From: Octopus sinensis
Taxonomy: Eukaryota
Assembly (NCBI RefSeq): GCF_006345805.1
Contig: NC_042997.1
Location: 30,690,001-30,754,000 of the forward strand
Direction: 5' to 3'
Length of the DNA stretch: 64,000 nucleotides
A program made the translations under genes and the position numbers. This document shows, piece after piece, positions 1-14,583 of the stretch. The first letter of the stretch is position 1, and every line of letters starts with the position of its first letter. Under the pieces are notes generated by a model that did not search any database, had not been told where the DNA came from, and saw only the letters and a list, made by a program, of their open reading frames with translations.

Positions 1-2375
1 CACACCTGATTAAGTACTCTGCACACACAAAGGCAGTTGGCCGAAAAATTAGGTGCAATCTACAGACCCAGACATGTCATATGGTCATCTGGCTGAGGAT
101 CATAATGTACATTCTGATATAACAGAGCTATTGTTTATCTCCCTTCCAGTTACTCCCACCCATCCTTACATAATGCAAAGGTAACTATCTATCTCCTCTA
201 TAGCAAGACATCTGTGTTTGTCTCTCTCTCTATCATACTTCCACAGTAACAAAGAAATAGTTATACCATTATTTCTTTTATCTCCCTACAACTCTCTCTC
301 TTTCCCTTCCTCCACCTCTCTTCAGTAACAAACCAATAGTTTCTGTAGAGCGAGATCTACTGTAGTACTGCTCATGTATGTCCCACATTAACAATCTCTT
401 ACCCTCAAGAATTTTGACAAAAGCAATGTTGTTGTACTGTAAAGCCTTTGACCACGAGAACTTCCCAACTAAATTTCAACACACAAACTTGACTCTTCAG
501 TCGTCCTTTAACCTTCTACACCCAGGTATCTTGCAAACATATCCTGGATACCTAATGACAAACTAACAGGAGTTCCATTAACAGAAACACCTTAAACATC
601 CTTTCATGGAATCAACTCGATTCTGCTTCAATAATATCAATTACATTATTGAACATCATCAATATCCAATAGTATAATTGATTCATACATCCAAAAAAAA
701 AAAACAACAGATACTGACCTGCCAGAAAAAATCTTGTTTTCATGACATAAAATTCATCTATTTTAAAATATTCATATTAAAATTAGAATCTTCTGTCACA
801 ATTTTATACAATATTTTCTTACTACCTCTCCTATAGCAAGACACCTGTCTCTGTCCCTCTGTCACACTCTAACTGTTCCTCAACTGACACAAGATCACTT
901 CCTCCAATGCCCCCTCCCCTCTCTAAAATTCCTTGTCTTGCAAGTTATTTGGTGACCCTGCCTGTGCTGGTGCCATGTAAAAAGCATCTTTTCCACACTG
1001 TGAAGTGGTTGGCATTTGGAAGGGCATCCAGCTGTAAAAATCATGCCAAAACTGACCTCACCCATGCTGGTGCCACGTAAAATGCACTCAGTCCACTCTA
1101 TGAGGTGGTGGGTGTTAGGAAGGGCATCCAGCCATAAAAACCATGTCAAAACAGACACAGAATCCTGGTGTAATCTACTACCTGGCCAGCTCCTGTCAAG
1201 CCCTCCAACTGACGCCATATGAAAGGCAGATGTTGAATGATGATGATGATGATGATAACTATACAAAAATTGTTTATTTTCAAAATTAACTGAAATACAT
1301 AATCCTTAGAAATCCTTAGAAATATGGTTACCAAAGGCCTATAGTCACTGCAAATGCTAGATTCCACAATCTCCGATGATCTTCCATAGCAGCTTCATGT
1401 ATACATCACAAACACTAAGTTTCCTACCCAGGCCAGAAAATACTTCCACCCTCATTAGTTGCTAACTCTTTACAAATCTAACATTAAAACACTTCTCACC
1501 AACCTGGAATATGATTGCTACAACACCCCTATTTGAAAAAAAAAACATCCAGATGATAAGCAAATTCACCAATAACAACATCTACGAACTCCACATGCAC
1601 AATTTCTTTATCTGCCTCTTTAGCTGCTACAATTTCAGCTCCTTTAAACTACTAATATCATACTCTGGCACTCCACAAAAAACCATCTTTATCTCCCTTC
1701 CACCTACTCTCACCCATCTTTGCATAATGCAAATGTAACTATGCATCTCCTCTATAACAAGACATCTGTGCTTTGTCTTTCTCTATCATACTTTTGCTTT
1801 CAACATCTAGCATAAAGCCACCACTCCATCTCTTAAATACACTCCCACTCAGTTGAGAAGGGAGGGGTTTCCTTTCTTTTCCTGTTTTACTTGTTACTTG
1901 GTAACCTCATTAGTGCTGGTGCTACATCATCATCATCATCGTTTAACGTCCGTTTTCTGCGTTAGCACGGGTTGGACGGTTCGACCGGGGTCTGGGAAGC
2001 CAGGGGCTGCACCAGGCTCCAGTCTGATCTGGCAGTGTTTCTACAGCTGGATGCCCTTCCTAATGCCAACCACTCCGTGAGTAAAAACATCTAGTACACA
2101 CTATAAAGTGATTGATGTTAAGAAGAGCATCTAGATGTAGAACCCATGTCAAAACTGACATTGGGGGCAGATACAGCTCATCAGATCCTATCAAACTGTC
2201 CAACCCATGCCAACATGAAAAACCGATGTGGAATGATTATGAAAATGCTCCTTCCACTCAAGGCAACCCGATAAACACATGCAAACACCCCTTTTGTTTC
2301 TGTCTTACCCACCTTCATATCCTGCATTAAATACTTTTACACAATCATTCCTTCACCCTCTACCTAACCCTATAA

Positions 2376-2760
2376 TGGAGGCGCAATGGCCCAGTGGTTA
2401 GGGCAGCGGACTCGCGGTCATAGGATCGCGGTTTTGATTCCCAGACCAGGCGTTCTGAGTGTTTATTGAGCGAAAACACCTAAAAGCTCCACGAGGCTCC
2501 GGCATGGGATGGTGGTGATCCCTGCTGTACTCTTTCACCACAACTTTCTCTCACTCTTACTTCCTGTTTCTGTTGTACCTGTATTTCAAGGGGTCGGCCT
2601 TGTCACTCTCTGTGTCACGCTGAATATCCCTGAGAACTACGTTAAGGGTGCACGTGTCTGTGGAGTGCTCAGCCACTTACACGTTAATTTCAAGAGCAGG
2701 CTGTTCCGTTGATTCGGATCAACCGGAACCCGCATCGTCGTAACCGACGGAGTGCTTCCA
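2376..2760 (+). mobile_element. tRNA-derived SINE family D
   Basis: ggaggcgcaatggcccagtggttagggcagcggactc...gattcccagacc tRNA-like head; the same head occurs at ~59910-60200(+) and ~63181-63450(-). Confidence 0.85.
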
Positions 2761-3175
2761 TCAACCCTATAATAAAAAAAAACTACTGACAAATATTGTA
2801 AACTATCTACTATTTTCACTCATCTTGATATCACCTTTATCTTGAGAAATACTGATTTGTCACACTGACACAGAGTGCATTAATTGATTGCTATTTATTT
2901 CACTGACCTGGACAAATGAAAGATAGAGTTAAACGTGGCAGAATTTGAATTCTAGAAACAGAAGAATAAACACAAATAATCTTAACACTCTACCGTGGGA
3001 CAGGTTTCTGCTTGTGTCAGTTTTTTTCATTGTTGTATAGCCTTATACCCTTCCTGTTGTTAACTACTCAACTATGAATTAAGAATGAAACTTCATTTTT
3101 GTCAAACAGGAAATCTAGAGCAAGCAAAGGTATGTCTTATTCAGGAGTACAACATAAATGTAACACAATTAATAC

Positions 3176-3199
<24 letters not shown>

Positions 3200-3217
<18 letters not shown>

Positions 3218-3550
3218 TAAGGTTGTGTGTCTGTCTCCTACGATTTAACCAAAACCGGGTATCTTATAGTCGTGATTCATATCGAGCCCTTCTGGGTATT
3301 AGCGCGCGTCTACGATGAGTCTACGATTTAAAAAAAAATTTACCATCATTTTTTTCCATTTTAATGCATTTTTTTGCTATTAAATAAGGGAAGTAACTCT
3401 CTAAAAATGTCTACGATGAGTCAATGATTTAAAAAAAAATTTACATCATTTTTTTTCCAATTTTAATGCATTTTTTTGCTATAACTCTCTAAAAATGCTT
3501 ATATAGTTATTTCCCTTACAAACCCGAGCAACGCCGGGCGATACTGCTAG
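3200..3550 (+). mobile_element. Non-autonomous Helitron, same family as 55639-56027
   Basis: Same body with internal duplication; cccg-agcaacgc-cggg hairpin then CTAG|T at 3547-3551; 5' end lies within a (TA)n tract. Confidence 0.85.
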
Positions 3551-6348
3551 TTATATATATAATGGATTCCCATCTGCACACATAACGAGTGTGGTACAGG
3601 GTTATGTGATTAAATACCTTGATTCGAATCTAGGAAAGTTGAATAAACACAATTAACCTACAAAACTACAGCTGCAATCAATCAACAGGTGTTGTCAGAA
3701 TGTGCAAAGTATCACATAAAATCAGCTATTATTTACACAGGCAGACATGGCCGTGTGCTTAAGAAGTTTGCTCCACAACTATATGGTTCCAGGTTCGGTC
3801 CTACTGCATAGTACCTTGGGTAAGTGTTTTCTACTATAAACCCTAGATCAACCAGTTTTCTTGCGAGCGAATCTAATAAAGAGAAACTGTACAAAGCCTA
3901 TCATGTGTGTGTGTGTGTGCGCACGCATGTACACTATTGTTGTAATATCACATGCTAATTGTCAACAGACATTATTGCCATATAGGCAATGTCACTTGTT
4001 TGCAATCTCCTGTGAAAAGTTGTTCAATCATTGTATTGTTCGTGTTCAAAGGAATAGGGGAAATATTCTAGGATTGATGAGAGAAAAGAGAATTCAGCCA
4101 CTGAAAATCTGTCTCAATGAATTTTTTGTCTCATCTATGCAATCATGGAAAAAGTGAACATTAGAACTATGCTGATGATGGCAAGATTGGGGTGAATGCA
4201 ATTCGTTACAAAAGTTACATCGTTAATTACTCATGCAAGCCTCTTCATGGCTGCTCAACCTGCATGAAATAGCACCCAACCATCTAAAGACACATAAGAT
4301 AATGCAGTTGTCATGGCTGAAATGCCAATGACCATAAGTTTGCTTCTACAGAGATGACCTATTTTGGAGTAAAACCAAAACAACAGATACTCACTAAGTG
4401 CAGGAGTGGCTGAGTAGTAAGAAGCTTGCTCCCAACCACATGGTTCTGGGTTCAGTCCCACTGCATGGCACCTTGAGCAAGCATCTCCTACTATAGCCTT
4501 GGGCTATATATATTCTCTCAGTTTTTTTTTTATCTTTCAAAGATTCATTCGCCATTAATACTTTTAAATATATTATTTACTAACAGCAGGAGTGGTTGTG
4601 TGGTAAGTAGCTTGTTTACCAACCACATGGTTCCGGGTTCAGTCCCACTGCGTGGCACCTTGGGCAAGTGTCTTCTGCTATAGCCTCGGGCCGACCAAAG
4701 CCTTGAGAGTGGATTTGGTAGACAGAAACTGAAAGAAGCCCGTCATATATATGTATAAAAATGTGTGCGTGTATGTTTGTGTGTCTGTGTTTGTCCCCCT
4801 AGCATTGCTTGACAACCGATGCTGGTGTGTTTATGTCCCCGTCACTTAGCGGTTCGGCAAAAGAGACCGATAGAATAAGTACTGGGCTTACAAAGAATAA
4901 GTCCCGGAGTCGAGTTGTTCGATTAAAGGCAGTGCTCCAGCATGGCTGCAGTCAAATGACTGAAACAAGTAGAGAGTAAGAGAGCTAGTCTCATAAGCTA
5001 AGCAATTAAAATGACCCCCTCCCTCCGTCTCAGCCTTCATTCCTCCCCAATTCTTCATGTAATTTTGCTAAGATAATTTCTCGCCTCTTTCTTTAGATGT
5101 TTAATTTAATTTCTTCGTACAATCTCCCCAAATTAAACCTTGCTTGTTCGCGGTGCACCCGCCCTTTCCCACTCCCACTACCAATATCAGACATCTACAT
5201 CTCTCTCTCTCTCCTCCCACCGCTATTACCAGATGTCTCTTCTCTCCCCCCTCCCCCTCATCACTGGTGCTGTTCTCTATACTACCTGCACTCTCTCTTT
5301 CTCCTGGGACAAATGCAACTAGCTTAGCTGCCCATCTACACTACCAGCTATCTTTCGTTATTTTCTGTCTAGAAATTTGCCAACAACTACCCAGTAATTT
5401 TCCGTGGACATATTAAAGAGAAAGCTAATGGGCTGTATATGCGCGCTAGTTCCTGTGTGTGTGTGTGTGTGTGAGCATGTGTGCTTGTTCTTGTGTGTGT
5501 GAGCGTGCATGCGCGAGCTTGTGTGTATGTATGGATGAGCTTGTTTTCTTTCTTTCTCTTTCCGACCCACCCCTCCTTCGCTGGTGGTACTCTCTATCAT
5601 AACTGCAATCTCCTCTCCCTGGACAAATGCAAATAAAGTGAGATCATAGCTGTAGCCTATGCCAGTGTCGCATAACCAGCCCACTCACTCAAGAAGTACA
5701 TTTGGATCATAGGGCAACATATCGTGCTTGAGGTGACCTACTGAGTCAAGTACATCTTCAAGATCAAATCAAACCAAAATCAAATGGAAATTGTAGTTGT
5801 GGCTGATGCCAGCACTGCCTGTCTGGCTCCCCATGCTGGTGACACATAAAAAGCACCATCCAAACGTGGTCGATGCCAGCCCCTCACCTTTATGTGCCGG
5901 TGGCACATAAAAGGGATCATCCAAACATAGCTGATGCCAGAGACGCCTTGATTGGCTCCTGTACTAGTGGCACGTAAAAGCACTATCCAAATGGGTTGAT
6001 GCCAGCCCCCTCTGGCTCCTGAACTAGTGGTACATAAAAAGCACCCACTACACTCCCGTAGTGGTTGGCGTTAGGAAGGGCATCCAGCTGTAGAAACACT
6101 GTCAGATCAGATTGGAACCTGGTACAGCCTCCTGGCTTCGCAGACCCCAGTTGAACCATCCAACCCATGCCAGCATGGAAAACGGACATTAAACAATGAT
6201 GATGATGATATATAGAATAAGGGAATCGTTAATAGAGACAATACTCCATATATAGTACAACTGTTTTTTGTGCTCGTTTATAAGCTAAGGAGTAATAAAA
6301 ATTATATATACATATAATTATGTATGTGTGTGTGTGTTTGTGTGTGTT

Positions 6349-6400
<52 letters not shown>

Positions 6401-7137
6401 TTATGCGTTCGTGTGTGTGTGTGTTCGCGTGTGTGTGTGTTTGTGTGTCTGTGTTTGTTCCCCAACCATCGTTTAACAATCAATGTTGGTGTGTTTATGT
6501 CCCCAAAACTTAGCCACTCAGCAAAAGAGACCATTAGAATAAGTACTAGGCTTACAAGGAATAAGTCCTGGAGTCAATTTGTTCAACTGAAGGTGGTGCT
6601 CCAACATGACCGCAGTCAAATGACAAACAAGTAGAAGAATAAAAGAATAATCCAACCTTTAGCTAATGATTTTGAAACCAAAGTTGAAGCGTATCCACAA
6701 AGTAGCCAAGATTCCTTTGATTAAAACATACATTCATGCCAGCATGGATCGTGGACATATGATGAAGATGATGATGGTGGTGGCAGTGATGCTGACACAC
6801 ACACACACACACACACAGAGCTGGACAGTGACATTTGTAGACATTTCACTATCAACAAATCAACCAGTAGCTCTGCACTTGAAGACAGATAAGGTTTAGC
6901 GACAGGGAAAGCATCTGGTTGGTAAATCAATACTTCAATAATAAATATTCATGTAACACATGCTGGTAAAGGAAAACGGACATAAAACAAACAAACAAAC
7001 AAAGCTAAGGATTAATCACCTAGGAACTCCACTGAGTGGCCAGTTCTTATCTTAAAACTCATATCATTAAAAACCAACATCGTCCACGCACGCACACACA
7101 CACACACATACAGAGTTATATATAATAAATGACTTAC

Positions 7138-7211
7138 TTGGTGTGAAAGCAAATCTGTATTTACATAGTTCACAGTACTCCTTTTTGCTGTATTTTAACC
7201 ACTGGACCAGG
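7138..7211 (-). CDS. MARCHF6: MARCHF6 coding exon 3, C-terminal half of the RING-CH domain
   Basis: ttgcag|C CTG GTC CAG TGG...ACA CCA A|gtaagt; 74 nt, (C)LVQWLKYSKKEYCELCKYRFAFTP, in phase with exon 2. The next exon (IYSPDMP...) was not found in 1-7137. Confidence 0.97.
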
Positions 7212-9086
7212 CTGCAAGTAAAATATATTATTTTTATCCATTCTTATAATACGATAATCTCTAACATCAATGTCAGTATTATTACAATTAGGTATTTTAA
7301 TACTCCAACCCATAGTTTGCAGTGGCAGCATACATATTTACATGAATACTGGCCAATTAATGGCAGTAAACTCTATTACGATGACCAGCTAGAAACAGCA
7401 ACAACCAAAAAAAAAAGACTCAAATCACACCCTACTACCTAAAAAAGATAAGGACACATTGCATGATGTAGTTTGCGATATATTATGCCTTTAAAGAAAA
7501 AAACAATACACATATTGAACACTTCTGATCATACACCTACTCAATCAGAGCTGACCCAGGACTCAACAGCAACAACACAAATGCTAACCACTCTGTTCAC
7601 AGCCAAATAATTCTTAATTGAAAACAATCTTATAAGCCACTCAGGTGCTTTCATATTAGGCATCTAAACAGCAGCGTACAACATAGAAATGCTATATGTG
7701 TTACACTACTCAAGAGAGGTTTCTAACATAGTGGGGCTAACAATCCTTACATATACGTATGAATAGTTAATTGTTCTGATTCCAATTTACCTAACACTGT
7801 ATTCTTCTTAACATTTTTTCATATCTAAATTAACACCTAACAATTTTGAGCAAAAACATTTTTGTTAGGTTATGTTCCAAATGCCAAACATTAACCTAAC
7901 AACAGAAACTGTATTTTAATAAGTCTTCCACATACACAGGCTTGTCCTTTCAGGTACCAGTGCCACTTAAAAAGCACCCATGCCAGTACTGCATTAATGC
8001 ACTTGTGTCGGTGCTATACAAACACCCATGACAGTAACACGTGAAAAGCACCCAGCACACTCTGTAAAGTGATTGGCATTAGGAAGGGCATCCAGCCATA
8101 GAGACCATGCCACAACAGACAGTTGGAAGTCCAGAAAGCTCCCTGCTAGCCCATTCCATGTTAAACTGTCCAACCCATGCAAGCATGGAGACCAGATGTA
8201 AACGATGATGATGGACATGAACAGGATTTGAAATCAGAAAGTAAATGGTCATGTAGGCAAGAAGTTCACTTCTCAGCCACATAATTTCAGTCCCACTGCA
8301 TGGCACCTTGGGCAAGTGTCTTCTGCTAGAGCCCCGAGCTGATCAATGCCTTAAGAGTGACTTTGGTGGATGGAAACTGTAAGAGATCCCATAATATGTA
8401 CATAAGTACATGCATATATATGTGTGTGTGTGTGTATCTTTGCTTGTGTTTGCCCCACCACCATCACCTCTTCACAACTAGTGTTGGTTTGTTTATACTT
8501 CCATAACTTTGCAATTCAGTAAAAAGGTACTGATAGACTAATGGGTTGGTTCAATCAACTAAACCTTTCAAGACAATGTCCAAGCATGGGTGCAGTCCAA
8601 TGATTGGAACAAGTAAAGGAATAAAAGAATTTAAACTTATCTACATATTATATAAAGGGAAGAGAAAGAATGAGAATTTGAACTTCAATCCCATATTTTT
8701 ATTTTAAAAATATCTTCCTTCTTTGTCTTGCTTTTTACTGACATGTTATCTCCCAGTTTTCTTATATATCTCTAAATTCATCAAAAACTGTATGGAGGTG
8801 GGTTGGTTCTATGTTGGACAGATCTACACAGAATACAAGATTACTTACTGTGAAGCCCTGTGAGGAGCCAGTCTGTGCAGTCTGCAGGAGATTGTGATGG
8901 GAAGAAAAATGCAGCTTGTGGTTTATGCTTTCCAACTGACAAGACAAGTACCTAAGACAGCTATACCACAGAGGCAAAGAAAGGGAGAGAGAGACCCTAA
9001 AAGACAAGGTATGCAACCATCAAAGTAGATCTGAAGCAGTTTATTAGCATCACATGGGAAAACACAGGCAACTATGCTCAAAACTG

Positions 9087-12000
9087 GGATTATCGGAGGC
9101 ATCTTTCCATCCTAATGTATAGGAAAACTGTATGGAAGGAACTAAGACCTTCAGGATTATCAGAGATGTCTTGCCATCCTAATGTATAGGCAAACTGTAT
9201 GGAAGGAACTCAGACCTTCAGGATTATCAGAGATGTCTTGCCATCCTAATGTACAGGTAAACTGTATGGAAGGAACTAAGACCTTCAGGATTATCAGAGA
9301 TGTCTTGCCATCCTAATGTACAGGCAAACTGTATGGAAGGAACTAAGACCTTCAGGATTATCAGAGATGTCTTGCCATCCTAATGTACAGGCAAACTATA
9401 TGGAAGGAACTAAGACCTTCAGGATAATCAGAGATGTCTTGCCATCCTAATGTACAGGTAAACTGTATGGAAGGAACTAAGACCTTCAGGATTATCAGAG
9501 ATGTCTTGCCATCCTAATGTACAGGTAAACTGTATGGAAGGAACTAAGACCTTCAGGATTATCAGAGATGTCTTGCCATCCTAATGTACAGGCAAACTGT
9601 ATGGAAGGAACTAAGACCTTCAGGATTATCAGAGATGTCTTGCCATCCTAATGTACAGGCAAACTGTATGGAAGGAACTAAGACCTTCAGGATTATCAGA
9701 GATGTCTTGCCATCCTAATGTACAGGCAAACTGTATGGAAGGAACTAAGACCTTCAGGATTATCAGAGATGTCTTGCCATCCTAATGTACAGGCAAACTG
9801 TATGGAAGGAACTAAGACCTTCAGGATTATCAGAGATGTCTTGCCATCCTAATGTACAGGTAAACTGTATGGAAGGAACTAAGACCTTCAGGATTATCAG
9901 AGATGTCTTGCCATCCTAATGTACAGGTAAACTGTATGGAAGGAACTAAGACCTTCAGGATTATCAGAGATGTCTTGCCATCCTAATGTACAGGCAAACT
10001 ATATGGAAGGAACTAAGACCTTCAGGATTATCAGAGATGTCTTGCCATCCTAATGTATAGGCAAACTATATGGAAGGAACTAAGACCTTCAGGATTATCA
10101 GAGATGTCTTGCCATCCTAATGTATAGGCAAACTGTATGGAAGGAACTAAGATCTTCAGGATTATCAGAGATGTCTTGCCATCCTAATGTATAGGCAAAC
10201 TGTATGGAAGGAACTAAGACCTTCAGGATTATCAGAGATGTCTTGCCATCCTAATGTATAGGCAAACTGTATGGAAGGAACTAAGACCTTCAGGATTATC
10301 AGAGATGTCTTGCCATCCTAATGTATAGGCAAACTGTATGGAAGGAACTAAGACCTTCAGGATTATCAGAGATGTCTTGCCATCCTAATGTATAGGCAAA
10401 CTATATGGAAGGAACTAAGACCTTCAGGATTATCAGAGATGTCTTGCCATCCTAATGTATAGGCAAACTATATGGAAGGAACTAAGACCTTCAGGATTAT
10501 CAGAGATGTCTTGCCATCCTAATGTATAGGCAAACTATATGGAAGGAACTAAGACCTTCAGGATTATCAGAGATGTCTTGCCATCCTAATGTATAGGCAA
10601 ACTATATGGAAGGAACTAAGACCTTCAGGATTATCAGAGATGTCTTGCCATCCTAATGTATAGGCAAACTGTATGGAAGGAACTAAGACCTTCAGGATTA
10701 TCAGAGATGTCTTGCCATCCTAATGTATAGGCAAACTATATGGAAGGAACTAAGACCTTCAGGATTATCAGAGATGTCTTGCCATCCTAATGTATAGGCA
10801 AACCGTATGGAAGGAACTAAGACCTTCAGGATTATCAGAGATGTCTTGCCATCCTAATGTATAGGCAAACCGTATGGAAGGAACTAAGACCTTCAGGATT
10901 ATCAGAGATGTCTTGCCATCCTAATGTATAGGCAAACTATATGGAAGGAACTAAGACCTTCAGGATTATCAGAGATGTCTTGCCATCCTAATGTATAGGC
11001 AAACTGTATGGAAGGAACTAAGACCTTCAGGATTATCAGAGATGTCTTGCCATCCTAATGTATAGGCAAACTGTATGGAAGGAACTAAGACCTTCAGGAT
11101 TATCAGAGATGTCTTGCCATCCTAATGTATAGGCAAACTGTATGGAAGGAACTAAGACCTTCAGGATTATCAGAGATGTCTTGCCATCCTAATGTATAGG
11201 CAAACTATATGGAAGGAACTAAGACCTTCAGGATTATCAGAGATGTCTTGCCATCCTAATGTATAGGCAAACTATATGGAAGGAACTAAGACCTTCAGGA
11301 TTATCAGAGATGTCTTGCCATCCTAATGTACAGGCAAACTGTATGGAAGGAACTAAGACCTTCAGGATTATCAGAGATGTCTTGCCATCCTAATGTACAG
11401 GCAAACTGTATGGAAGGAACTAAGACCTTCAGGATTATCAGAGATGTCTTGCCATCCTAATGTATAGGTAAACTATATGGAAGGAACTAAGACCTTCAGG
11501 ATTATCAGAGATGTCTTGCCATCCTAATGTATAGGCAAACTATATGGAAGGAACTAAGACCTTCAGGATTATCAGAGATGTCTTGCCATCCTAATGTACA
11601 GGTAAACTGTATGGAAGGAACTAAGACCTTCAGGATTATCAGAGATGTCTTGCCATCCTAATGTATAGGCAAACTATATGGAAGGAACTAAGACCTTCAG
11701 GATTATCAGAGATGTCTTGCCATCCTAATGTATAGGCAAACTATATGGAAGGAACAAAGACCTTCAGGATTATCAGAGATGTCTTGCCATCCTAATGTAT
11801 AGGCAAACTATATGGAAGGAACTAAGACCTTCAGGATTATCAGAGATGTCTTGCCATCCTAATGTATAGGCAAACTATATGGAAGGAACTAAGACTTTCA
11901 GGATTATCAGAGATGTCTTGCCATCCTAATGTATAGGCAAACTGTATGGAAGGAACTAAGATCTTCAGGATTATCAGAGATGTCTTGCCATCCTAATGTA

Positions 12001-12497
12001 TAGGCAAACTGTATGGAAGGAACTAAGACCTTCAGGATTATCAGAGATGTCTTGCCATCCTAATGTATAGGCAAACTATATGGAAGGAACTAAGACCTTC
12101 AGGATTATCAGAGATGTCTTGCCATCCTAATGTATAGGCAAAATGTATGGAAGGAACTAAGACCTTCAGGATTATCAGAGATGTCTTGCCATCCTAATGT
12201 ATAGGCAAACTATATGGAAGGAACTAAGACCTTCAGGATTATCAGGGATGCCTTGCCATCCTAATGTATAGGCAAACTATATGGAAGGAACTAAGACCTT
12301 CAGGATTATCAGAGATGTCTTGCCATCCTAATGTATAGGCAAACTATATGGAAGGAACTAAGACCTTCAGGATTATCAGGGATGTCTTGCCATCCTAATG
12401 TATAGGCAAACTATATGGAAGGAACTAAGACCTTCAGGATTATCAGAGATGTCTTGCCATCCTAATGTACAGGTAAACTGAATGGGAGGAACTAAAA
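9087..12497. repeat. 67-bp tandem satellite, about 51 copies, in MARCHF6 intron 2
   Basis: Unit cttcaggattatcagagatgtcttgccatcctaatgtayaggyaaactrtatggaaggaactaagac; period 67 (tcaggattat at 9151 and 9218); terminal units diverged. Confidence 0.98.
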
Positions 12498-12609
12498 GTT
12501 TCAAAAATCACTGATGTTTAGCAAAGGAAATATAGATATATCATTCCATTTTTTTTCATGCACAAACATAAATTTTAATACCAGTATCAATAAACTATGG
12601 AATACTTAC

Positions 12610-12706
12610 CAATCCTGGTGTATGAACTTGATACTTCCTGTACACACACATGGGTGGTAAAGGGGTTTGTCAGGGGTCCCCTCTGACCGACACACTCGGC
12701 AAATAT
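12610..12706 (-). CDS. MARCHF6: MARCHF6 coding exon 2, N-terminal half of the RING-CH domain
   Basis: tttag|AT ATT TGC CGA GTG TGT...CAG GAT TG|gtaagt; 97 nt translating to (D)[31 protein letters not shown](C), nearly identical to the MARCHF6/TEB4 RING-CH. Confidence 0.97.
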
Positions 12707-13164
12707 CTAAATAAAAATATAAAAAGAGTCATGTCAATCAACAAAGACAAATATTTCAAGTGAACATGTTAATGTTAAATTATACTTTACATAGAGACAG
12801 TACAAAATTGCATTTGATAATTTAAGCAGGGTCAACAAGTTTGTTTCACCCAATATCTGCTTCCAGGTTCACTTCCACTCTGCAGCGCCCCCTGGACAAG
12901 AATCTTCTACCATAACCACAACTGGCTATATACAGCCCAAATTCTGCTTTTTTTTTTTTGTTCAGACTGACCAAGTCCAGAATCTTACACCTACTCTACA
13001 TTATCATTCTAAAAATAAACACTCATATCATTAAAATCTCAAAACTAAGAGATAATTCGCAATTCAAAGCAATGTGAATAATTAAGCAATACATTTGATG
13101 TAATATTCTGAATGCTAAAGGGGTAATGAATATTTTGTTAGTGGAATAAACCAAACAGAAACTG

Positions 13165-13387
13165 TCATATACATATATGACACGTATGCATATATACATT
13201 TATATATACATACATACATACATACATACACATACATACATATACATACATACACACACATATACATACATACACATACATACACACACATATACATACA
13301 TACATACACATATACATACACACACACATACACATACATACACACACACACACATACATACACACACATACATACACACACATACAT

Positions 13388-13436
<49 letters not shown>

Positions 13437-13487
13437 CATCTATATATATATACATTTATATTTATATATACATATATATATATATGT
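13165..13487. repeat. Compound (TACA)/(CA)/(TA) microsatellite
   Basis: Direct inspection. Confidence 0.9.
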
Positions 13488-14214
13488 AGTGAATCTTGCA
13501 TGCATGAAGTGGATTCGATCCACCATAGCCAAATTTAAATTAACACTGCTACAGAGCTTTTCCCACGGTGGAACAGTGGTTTTGCTCTGACAGCAGTTTT
13601 ACATTTTCCAGATGCCTTTAGCTAGGCCAAAATAATGTCTTCACTATTTGACCCTTTCTAACTTCTTCTACTTCACCAAAAGCTAGAATAAAGATAACAA
13701 GACCACCAACTAAATCTACTGTTCTCAATGATATATCTATCCTTCTGGATAGTTATATAAGCAATCACACCCCAAGCAAAAATCAGTTTTAGTCACGGTC
13801 GGTGACGACTCAATGAGAACGAAGTCTGGCTGGCCAGCTAGACCCTTGGTCAGAGGGAGAAGTGAAGTTTACTGTCAGCAACTTGAGACAACACCCTACA
13901 ATTCTCTCTAGCTCTAATTCTGTTCTCTTATAACATCATTCTATCTCCCTCCGCAATTACTACTAAACAATGAAGAGAACCCAATCACAAACTTTACTTT
14001 GCATGCTTTTGGATTTATCATAACCTGCCCGTCGAGGCATGGTATTGTAACGTAACGGTAAATAAACACTTCCTTAAAACTTCATGCATTCTGCATCTTT
14101 CACATCTTACAACATGCAATTATAACAGCAAATTATTATCGTCACACCAGCTCACTTCCGAGAAATCATCATATTGTTTACAAATATCAACCGTTAATCG
14201 AATTGAACCATCCA

Positions 14215-14544
14215 GGATCCCTGGTCTGGTGGTACGTAAAAAGCACTATCCGACTCGTGGCCGATGCCAGCGTCGCCTCAACTGGCTTCCGTGCCGGTGG
14301 CACATAAAATACACCAATCTGACCGTGGCCGTTGCCAGCCTCGCCTGGCACTTGTGCAGGTGGCACGTAAAAAGCACCCACTACACTCACAGAGTGGTTG
14401 GTGTTAGGAAGGGCATCCAGCTGTAGAAACATTGCCAGATAAGACTGGAGCCTGGTGCAGCCTTCTGGCTTCCCAGATCCCCGGTCGAACCGTCCAACCC
14501 ATGCTAGCATGGAGAACGGACGTTAAACGATGATGATGATGATG

Positions 14545-14545
<1 letters not shown>
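14215..14545 (+). mobile_element. LINE-tail / SINE-like repeat family A (representative copy)
   Basis: gtggttggcgttaggaagggcatccagctgtagaaac...ccatgctagcatgg..ggacgttaaac(gat)n. Other + copies near 960-1257, 5700-6208, 7950-8213, 28263-28400, 32030-32342, 54520-54741; - copies near 1925-2080, 18361-18517, 19386-19670, 26135-26245, 32470-32670, 34021-34410, 59421-59870. Confidence 0.9.

Positions 14546-14583
<38 letters not shown>

Noticed and set aside
2376-2450. tRNA gene
   Set aside because: tRNA-like SINE head continuing into a repeat body; no full cloverleaf or Pol III terminator.
9087-12497. CRISPR-like array or tandem hammerheads in the 67-bp repeat
   Set aside because: No unique spacers and a eukaryotic intron context; the minus strand has CTGATAA rather than CTGANGA and no matching GAAA; no ORF.
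13720-14113. Possible solo LTR (TG...AATAAA...CA)
   Set aside because: No target-site duplication, PBS or PPT, and no second copy in the window.
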